A stretch of 33,271 nucleotides of DNA, from IMG/VR virus record IMGVR_UViG_3300017766_001423, positions 1 to 33,271 of that record. One strand, 5' to 3'. The position numbers were made by a program, and so were the translations under genes. Origin of the DNA: a virus (taxonomy: Duplodnaviria > Caudoviricetes). Positions within the stretch are counted from its first letter, which is position 1. Each line of letters begins with the position of its first letter. Positions 26,915 through 33,271 of the stretch are shown here, one piece after another. Below the pieces are notes generated by a model that saw only the letters and a list, made by a program, of their open reading frames with translations, was not told the origin of the DNA and made no database searches.

Positions 26915-27928
26915 TTACTTTTTTGGTGTGTTTGTTAACTTTAGTTGGTTACTGATGCTGCGAACATATTGTTCCATTAAAGGATCAGAACCAGCTGGTT
27001 TTTGATTTGTATTTGTTGTTTCTTCTGTGATTGAACCATAATTTGGTGCAATTGAACCATAATTTGGTGCAATTGTTTGTTGCTTTGCTTTAGAACCAAA
27101 ATATGATTCCTTTAGAATTTGAACCTTTTCTGCGTACTGTTCTACGCTATCGAATTCTAATGATTCGGAAAGTTTCGCAAGTTTTTCTACTTCAGTATCT
27201 GCTAAACCGTCGCTAATTTCGATAAAAGATTCGGCGCATTTGTGAGCAAGAATTTCATTTTTGAGTTGCATATTTTCAGAAATTGCAGTATTTGCTGCCT
27301 TTTCTAAATCTGCATTTGCAGAGAAAAGATCATCAAGGATGTCATACTTTTCTTGTGGAACATCAATGAAACTATTTTCAAAGAGTTCTTTGAGTCCAAG
27401 AATAAAATTTTCAGCGATTTCTGTACGGAAACCGTTCTCAATTGCTAATTGATTTTCTTTTGCCCACTCTTCGACAACATAAGAAAGATATTGATCAACG
27501 TGTTCAACTACTTGACCAACACTTTCTTGGAGTTTTTCTTCTATAATTTCTTTTGATGCTTCTAGAATTGATTGTTCGATTAATGAAACTTTTTCATTTA
27601 AAGCAGCAGTAAATACTGTTTTAATTTTCTCGACAAATTCTGGTGTGGCATTTGAACCCTCGAATAGAGCATTTAATGTATCAGAAATGTCTACCTGAAG
27701 TTGTTCGTTTGCTGCCATTGCTTCTTCATCATCTACTTCGCCCATTTGTGGTTGTGCTTGCATAGGAACTCCTGCAGCCATTCCACCGGGTCTTAGAGAT
27801 GCTTTATTTTGCATTGAAGCATCGTTTGTTTGCAGTGTACCGAGTACTGCTCCTCTTCCGTTTGCATCACTGTATAGGTCTGGTGACGAGTATCCCATGT
27901 CTATTGCTTGTTGTTTTTTATCTTGCAC
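26915..27928 (-). CDS. gp22: Prohead core scaffold protein gp22
   Basis: VDQYLSYVVEEW..EN.LAIE.G.R.EIAE.F..GLK.LF, LKESYF; GTG start with SD GGAGG. Confidence 0.93.
   Translation of the reverse strand: MQDKKQQAIDMGYSSPDLYSDANGRGAVLGTLQTNDASMQNKASLRPGGMAAGVPMQAQPQMGEVDDEEAMAANEQLQVDISDTLNALFEGSNATPEFVEKIKTVFTAALNEKVSLIEQSILEASKEIIEEKLQESVGQVVEHVDQYLSYVVEEWAKENQLAIENGFRTEIAENFILGLKELFENSFIDVPQEKYDILDDLFSANADLEKAANTAISENMQLKNEILAHKCAESFIEISDGLADTEVEKLAKLSESLEFDSVEQYAEKVQILKESYFGSKAKQQTIAPNYGSIAPNYGSITEETTNTNQKPAGSDPLMEQYVRSISNQLKLTNTPKK
27030..27075. repeat. Perfect 21-bp tandem duplication in gp22 (APNYGSI x2)
   Basis: attgaaccataatttggtgca at 27030-27050 and 27051-27071, plus attg. Confidence 0.95.
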
Positions 27929-27957
27929 GTTATATTTCCTCCACTTTTTGGCATTTA

Positions 27958-27965
27958 TATTTAGA
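27958..27965 (-). promoter_or_regulatory. Probable late promoter (TCTAAATA) for gp22-gp23
   Basis: One mismatch to TATAAATA, intergenic, upstream of the SD; an overlapping TATAAATG lies at 27959-27952. Confidence 0.55.
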
Positions 27966-28005
27966 ATAATTTAAATTTTCACAATACGATTGTGTACTAT
28001 AGTTT

Positions 28006-28605
28006 TCAGAATCTTTTAAGGAATTGAGCACCAAAGGTTGTTGATGTGCTCATATTTTGTTTTCTATTTTGTGCTGAACTCATTAAAGGATTATAATTTT
28101 TTATTTTATTTGCTAAAGTGTCCAATGCAGCACCAACAACTGGTCTTAATGGATTAGCCGATATTGCAACTCTAGCAATTGGATTTTGTACCATTCTATT
28201 TGCCGCACTCATTACAGACTGTGCTCTTGTTATTCCACCGGAAAGAGAATTTTGTATGTTTCGAGCAGCATTTAATCCAGTTTGTACTACTTTATTAGCT
28301 TGTGCATTTGCATTAATTTTAAAACCAGCATCATCTACTGTTGCAAATTGTCCACTTTGTTGTCTAGGACGTAGCCTTCCTGCCTGAACATCTCTTATAT
28401 TTCTTCGAGCTTGATCTGTTTGGGATAAAATATTTTCTGCACCCCTAAAAACTCCAGTTTTTCCAAAAGTTGTTCCTAGTAAACCTTTTCCTAATCTCCC
28501 AATAGCTCTTCCAGCAGCTGCAATAAATGCTTCATTTATAGCCTGATTCCTTTTCCAAGAATTAAACTTTTCAATTTCTTGTAAATTTTTTAGTTTCTTA
28601 TTCAT
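28006..28605 (-). CDS. Basic hypothetical protein, candidate internal head protein
   Basis: TAATG-coupled to gp21; Arg/Lys/Ala/Gln/Asn-rich; 'AINE-AF' resembles a gp21 cleavage site. Confidence 0.7.
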   Translation of the reverse strand: MNKKLKNLQEIEKFNSWKRNQAINEAFIAAAGRAIGRLGKGLLGTTFGKTGVFRGAENILSQTDQARRNIRDVQAGRLRPRQQSGQFATVDDAGFKINANAQANKVVQTGLNAARNIQNSLSGGITRAQSVMSAANRMVQNPIARVAISANPLRPVVGAALDTLANKIKNYNPLMSSAQNRKQNMSTSTTFGAQFLKRF

Positions 28606-29252
28606 TAAATTCTCTTTAAGAAATCTTCAAATAATTGAATTGCTTTTTTCTCTAAATTTCTTCTGGATGTTTTTGTTAATTGAGTTTTATATCCATCAAT
28701 AACTTTTTCTTTTAATATTCCATTGTCCCAGATCCATTCCTTTCCTTCCATTATGCCATTTACGAAAGCATTTGGAGCAGATGGATCAGCAACAATGTCT
28801 ATTGCAGAAAGAGAAAAATCCGGTTGTACTTCATTTACTTCATTTACCTTTTTAAGAGAACCCATTCCTCGTGAAGAAACACCCAATAAAGCACCCTCAT
28901 CGATAAGATTTTTTACTATGTTGCCCATTGGTGTTTCTGCTAAAATTTTAGCACGACCAATGAAATCATTTCCATTTCTTCGAAGTTCTGTAATCATGTG
29001 TGATACACGATCAAGATTTACAGTAGGACCTTGGGGGTGGTTTAGTTCTCCAAGTGCTCTCTTCTTAGCAACAAAGTTTTGGTTATATCTTCCTATTTCA
29101 TTTTCTAAAATAGCAAGAGGATATTTTCTTCCATTGCGATTTACTGTCTCGGCCTGAAGCATAATACCTTCAAGAAAATAATTCTTTTTGCCGTCTTCAC
29201 GGGCTTCGACTATTGGTTTTACTGTTTCAATTGTCTCGGTTATTAGCTTCAT
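28605..29252 (-). CDS. gp21: Prohead protease gp21
   Basis: MKLITE, NRNGRKYP, ALGELNHP, TPMG.IVK.L, GVSSRGMGS, DIVADPSAP.AFV. Confidence 0.98.
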   Translation of the reverse strand: MKLITETIETVKPIVEAREDGKKNYFLEGIMLQAETVNRNGRKYPLAILENEIGRYNQNFVAKKRALGELNHPQGPTVNLDRVSHMITELRRNGNDFIGRAKILAETPMGNIVKNLIDEGALLGVSSRGMGSLKKVNEVNEVQPDFSLSAIDIVADPSAPNAFVNGIMEGKEWIWDNGILKEKVIDGYKTQLTKTSRRNLEKKAIQLFEDFLKRI

Positions 29253-29263
29253 TGTTTTTCCTA

Positions 29264-29752
29264 TCAGGTGTTTTCGTTAAGAAAGGTTTCAACTACTTGT
29301 TGAATTTCTTCTTCTGTGAGTTCGTACCCAGATTCTCTTTCAATTTGTTCTATAATTTCTGAAAGAACTTGTTGAAGTTGTTCTTCTGATAAAGATTCTT
29401 TCATTTCGTCTTCGTCTTCGTCCTCATCCTCGTCTTCGCCTTCATCTTCTTCCTCCTCTTCCTCCTCTTCCTCGTCCTCTTCCTCTTTTTCTTCTTTCAT
29501 ATTTGCAGCAATTTTTTCTCTACGATTCTTTAAATAATCATCAGAATCGTCAGAATCGCCATCATTGTCAACATCTTCATCTTCATCTCCAACTGGATCT
29601 GTTTTTTCATTGAAAACGGTAGGAGCAAATTCCATAAGTCTTTGCTCTAAATGTTGACCCATCTTTTCGTAAAGGCTGGATTCAATTAATTTTTTTCCTT
29701 CGATCAAATTGTTATTAAGTATGCTAACTACTGCTTTTTGTAGGTCTGTCAT
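29264..29752 (-). CDS. Acidic prohead core protein (gp67-like)
   Basis: Lies between portal and protease; very Glu/Asp-rich; DPVGDEDEDVDNDGDSDDSDDYLKNRR motif. Confidence 0.65.
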   Translation of the reverse strand: MTDLQKAVVSILNNNLIEGKKLIESSLYEKMGQHLEQRLMEFAPTVFNEKTDPVGDEDEDVDNDGDSDDSDDYLKNRREKIAANMKEEKEEEDEEEEEEEEEDEGEDEDEDEDEDEMKESLSEEQLQQVLSEIIEQIERESGYELTEEEIQQVVETFLNENT

Positions 29753-29781
29753 TGTTATATCTCCTATTTCTATATATTATT

Positions 29782-31365
29782 TTATATTTGTTCTGATCCT
29801 TGATCGCCTTCGGGATTCATTTGTTGCTGAAGCATCTGTTGTTGCATAATTTTTGCCTGTTCTTCTTCGATTTCGGCATTCATTTCTGCAATTTCTTCAT
29901 CGGTTTGTTTTAGTATATTTTTACGAACCCATTTAGCAGAGAAGAATTGATTTGTATAGTTTGCCATAATATTTAACATATCAACCTTTTCTCTCATTAT
30001 TTCATTTTCTTTAAGTTCAGTGAAATATGAATCTTTATTCCAATCAAATCTGATGTCCTGAACCATATTATTCCAATCTTCTTCAGTCATAATGCCTTTT
30101 AATAGACATTGTTTCTTTAAAAGATCTAAGAATAGGAAAGAAAATTTCTTTCGAAGTTTTTCTATAAATTTAAAGAATTGAACTTCATCTCTAGTAATTT
30201 CAGCAGATCTTCCCATATTGAAACCAGTTGTAGTTTCAAGTCTGCTAATTGGAACATTTAGTGCTCTATAGACTTTCTTTAAAAGATAATCTACGTCATC
30301 CATTTGACCAAGATTTTGACCACCATCAAGTACTGAGATTTCTGTACCTCTGTTTCCCTCTCTACGAGGAATCCAGAAATCCTCAAGCATAGACATGTGG
30401 TTTCTTTCGTCTTTAATTTCTCCTGATTTTGTATCGTATGTAATTTTATTACGATACTTATTCATTAAACTAGAAATATATTGTTCTGCTTTTTGCTTTG
30501 GTAGGTTTCCAACGTCAATATAGAAAACTCTTCTTTCTGGTGCTCTTGAAATTCTATAAATTACAACTGCATCTTCTATTTGACGAAGCATGTTTACTGG
30601 TCTAATTGCTTTTTGCAAATAACCAACAACACGCTTAGATGCACTATCGACCACCCCAGAATGAACATATGAAACAGAATCCACCGATATTCTAAGACCA
30701 GTAGTAGTGGTAGGTGTTAAAGAATCTTTATCCAAATCAGTATAGACATAAAACTCTTCTACCTTTTTCACAACAGAAAGATTCATTCCATTGATATTTT
30801 TATTTTCTTTTTCTACTTTTCTTACTTTTTGTATTTTAGTTGGATCAATAGAACGGAGTTGTTGAATTCCTTTTTCTGGATGTTCGACATCTATTATAAG
30901 ATGATAAAATAGTTTTGAATCAATGTACCATCTCCTAAAAATATCATCTGCTTTATTTGAAAAATCTAATAGTTTTTTAACTGCTTTAAATTCTTGGTGA
31001 ATTTTGTTTTTGATGTTATCAGAAATAGAAGTGACATTATCTAAATCTAATTTTACACACTCATATTCACCATCAAAAACTATGGAATCATTTACAATAT
31101 CCTGAATTGCTCTATCGACTTCTGGATACATTGCCATCGAACGATATTGTTGAATTTGTGTGTTCTCTTGAACAAGAGCACCACCGAAATCAAAATAACT
31201 ACTGAAAAAACCGCCACCTTCGATGACATAAGTTCCATCGTAATCTTCTTGAGCAACAAAGGAGGGCTGGGACTTTGGTTGTTCCAGCCCTCCTAAGTCG
31301 TTCTCTCTTGTCGGAATATCGTTTTTCTTAAAAGAAAAACCAAACACTCTATCTATTAAACCCAT
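29782..31365 (-). CDS. gp20: Portal protein gp20
   Basis: YRSMAMYPEVD.AI, FRRWYID, IEDAVVIYRISRAPERRVFYIDVGNLPKQKAEQY, EDFWIPRREG..GTEI. Confidence 0.99.
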   Translation of the reverse strand: MGLIDRVFGFSFKKNDIPTRENDLGGLEQPKSQPSFVAQEDYDGTYVIEGGGFFSSYFDFGGALVQENTQIQQYRSMAMYPEVDRAIQDIVNDSIVFDGEYECVKLDLDNVTSISDNIKNKIHQEFKAVKKLLDFSNKADDIFRRWYIDSKLFYHLIIDVEHPEKGIQQLRSIDPTKIQKVRKVEKENKNINGMNLSVVKKVEEFYVYTDLDKDSLTPTTTTGLRISVDSVSYVHSGVVDSASKRVVGYLQKAIRPVNMLRQIEDAVVIYRISRAPERRVFYIDVGNLPKQKAEQYISSLMNKYRNKITYDTKSGEIKDERNHMSMLEDFWIPRREGNRGTEISVLDGGQNLGQMDDVDYLLKKVYRALNVPISRLETTTGFNMGRSAEITRDEVQFFKFIEKLRKKFSFLFLDLLKKQCLLKGIMTEEDWNNMVQDIRFDWNKDSYFTELKENEIMREKVDMLNIMANYTNQFFSAKWVRKNILKQTDEEIAEMNAEIEEEQAKIMQQQMLQQQMNPEGDQGSEQI

Positions 31366-31391
31366 AATATAAAATTCTCCTTAATTACTTT

Positions 31392-31982
31392 TTATTGACT
31401 ACTTTCGGGGTTTGCTGCACCATCTGGAGCCCAATAATCATATGCCAATGTTACTGTTATTTCTGCAAAAGAATCTGCCATGTCATATGAAAGATCTATT
31501 GGAGAAATATCTATCGGGAAACAGTTATACAATGTATATGTTTCTTGATGACTTGATTGGGAAGTGTTAGAAATAGATTTTGCTACATCATTAAATGATA
31601 CTTGCCAATTTGATGTCAAACTATAATCTAATGTGTGATCGGTTCTATGATTCATCAAATTCATCCAATTCTCAAACATTTGTCTAAGATTTTGAGATTG
31701 CAAACTTGAATCATAAATTTGAATTGTCCAGTCGGCGTATGTTCTTTCGCTTGAAAATTTAACTGTTCTTCCTTGCCAAGCGATTGGTATAACGCCTATG
31801 CTAGAACCAGGCACTTGTGTTGCTTTGCAGTATATGTCATAATGCAACTGACCACTTGCCGGCGACACTCCGGTATCTTCATTTACTTCCGATACTGCTG
31901 TTGGAAACCCACCAGTAATTAAAAATCTATTTGGTCTATGACCATAAAACCTACTTCTGAAATCTGTTATTCCTGTTGCCAT
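31392..31982 (-). CDS. gp19: Tail tube protein gp19
   Basis: RPNRF, CKATQVPGS, GRTVK...ERTYADW, LRQMFENW, FPIDISPIDLSYD, VTLAYDYW. Confidence 0.93.
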   Translation of the reverse strand: MATGITDFRSRFYGHRPNRFLITGGFPTAVSEVNEDTGVSPASGQLHYDIYCKATQVPGSSIGVIPIAWQGRTVKFSSERTYADWTIQIYDSSLQSQNLRQMFENWMNLMNHRTDHTLDYSLTSNWQVSFNDVAKSISNTSQSSHQETYTLYNCFPIDISPIDLSYDMADSFAEITVTLAYDYWAPDGAANPESSQ

Positions 31983-32022
31983 TTATTTTCTCCCTTTTCT
32001 TTCCTTTTAATATTTATTCAAA

Positions 32023-33231
32023 TTATAAGGGATCACTTAGATTCTTATTTGTAAATGTCAATCTTACATAATTGATTGCAGTTACTGGTTTGACTAAAAT
32101 ATCTGCAACAAATATTCTTTGTTGAATGAGGTCTGGAGTGTTATTTGTGCTATCGCATATAATTCTATAGTCAGAAATACCTCGTTGACCTTTGATTGTA
32201 TTCAATGCGCTATCTGCTGCAAGACGGAATCTTGCTCTTGTTGTTTCATCGTTTTGCTCGAACAAAATTGCTCTTGCAACAGGAGACAACAATCTTCTTA
32301 GATATATGAACAATCTAGAAACATTTATTCTCGAAAGAGTAGATGTTTCTGCTGCACCAGTTTTATCTCCGAAGAGTATAGTTCCTTCGCCTGGGAATGT
32401 AACTACTGGATTGATTCCATTGTCAAACATAGTATCTTGCTCTGCTGCTGTTGGATTTGTTTCCAAACGAACAACATTTAAAATTCTTCCACGAACTCTT
32501 CCAGCAGGAGAGAACCAAGGATAAAAATCTCTGTCGGTTCTCGCCAAGCATCCTGCAACATCTGGAGATACATTTGTTCTGATTAAATCTCCGGCGGTAT
32601 CGAAATGAAGTTTATGACCCCATGTGTGAATGTAATTTTCATTTAGATTTGATGTCGGAGCAGTTGATGGAACAGTAACAGATGTGCTGCATTGAACACC
32701 CATAACTGCAAAATCTGTTCCTAATTTTGCGTCAACGACCGCGGCCATATTTGTAACATCAGTGGCCGCAGTTCCACCCATAAATACAACATCAAAGTCC
32801 AACTCCGATGGTTGGAGTGCTGTGTAAACCTCTACTGTGTTTGCTGATGCACCAGTTCCGCTAACATAACATCCTGCGCCATATTGTAAGAAATTATGAA
32901 CTGCCCACCACTCCGATGCCCAGTTTGATCCATTATTTGCATTTGTAGCACTAATAAATGCCGCAGCAGATGGACCAATCGACGCACTCAATGTTCCACC
33001 AGTAAAATTAGCAGCCAAGTTTGTTCTATATGTGTAATCTCTTAAGCGAGAAAACCAATCATTTACGTTTTCAGTAAAGAGATAACCTTGTTGTCTTTCG
33101 GCGGTAACACCCATTCTTAATAAAAGACCGTCGGCAGATACTAATGCTCCTCTTGCTGGTCCTAAAACTTCGCCAAATGGAGGCGAAAGCGATTCATCCA
33201 CTATTCTTATTGTAACATTTGGTCTTGCCAT
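32023..33231 (-). CDS. gp18: Tail sheath protein gp18 (compact, 402 aa)
   Basis: M..P.V....VDES start, PWFSPAG..RG, INPVVTFPGEGTILFGDKT, RINVSRLF, FEQNDETTR, ICDSTNNTP; SD AAGGA. Confidence 0.95.
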   Translation of the reverse strand: MARPNVTIRIVDESLSPPFGEVLGPARGALVSADGLLLRMGVTAERQQGYLFTENVNDWFSRLRDYTYRTNLAANFTGGTLSASIGPSAAAFISATNANNGSNWASEWWAVHNFLQYGAGCYVSGTGASANTVEVYTALQPSELDFDVVFMGGTAATDVTNMAAVVDAKLGTDFAVMGVQCSTSVTVPSTAPTSNLNENYIHTWGHKLHFDTAGDLIRTNVSPDVAGCLARTDRDFYPWFSPAGRVRGRILNVVRLETNPTAAEQDTMFDNGINPVVTFPGEGTILFGDKTGAAETSTLSRINVSRLFIYLRRLLSPVARAILFEQNDETTRARFRLAADSALNTIKGQRGISDYRIICDSTNNTPDLIQQRIFVADILVKPVTAINYVRLTFTNKNLSDPL

Positions 33232-33271
33232 TTTTTCTTCTCCTTGATCGTATTAGAATATGTCTTAAATT

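Noticed and set aside
25535-29157. Many overlapping ORFs within gp23, gp22 and gp21
   Set aside because: Explained by codon bias of highly expressed genes leaving other frames open.
1-33271. Stop-codon reassignment, introns/inteins, homing endonucleases, tRNAs, integrase
   Set aside because: Core genes are uninterrupted and of plausible length in the standard code; no such motifs or cloverleafs were seen in the short intergenic gaps.

Overview
A 33.3 kb, AT-rich segment of a T4-like (myovirus-type) phage genome. All credible genes lie on the minus strand and use the standard code. In transcription order (right to left): (i) virion core block gp18 sheath, gp19 tube, gp20 portal, acidic gp67-like core protein, gp21 protease, a basic orphan, gp22 scaffold, gp23 capsid, gp3; (ii) uvsY, uvsW, an Sm-fold-like orphan, late sigma gp55, gp47, a SET-domain methyltransferase, gp46, then a coupled PLP-dependent enzyme and large SPPY-type SAM-dependent DNA methyltransferase-like gene, two orphans, RNase H, gp45, gp44, gp62, regA; (iii) where T4 has its DNA polymerase, a tightly coupled 10-gene glycan cluster (GT10, GT2, GT-B and other GT-A-like transferases, three SAM methyltransferases, gmd); (iv) a late-promoter unit with a GT2-TPR glycosyltransferase, a small virion-type protein and a Thr-rich collagen-like protein that runs off the window and is missing from the ORF track. 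Best candidates for new biology: a self-contained virion (collagen fibre) glycosylation system, and a PLP enzyme + SAM transferase DNA-modification pair. Also seen: probable leaderless mRNAs, a 4-codon uORF coupled to gp55, a gene-less antisense promoter, and an apparent premature stop in the SET gene. All calls rest on motif recognition and synteny; no database searches were run and the host is not determined.
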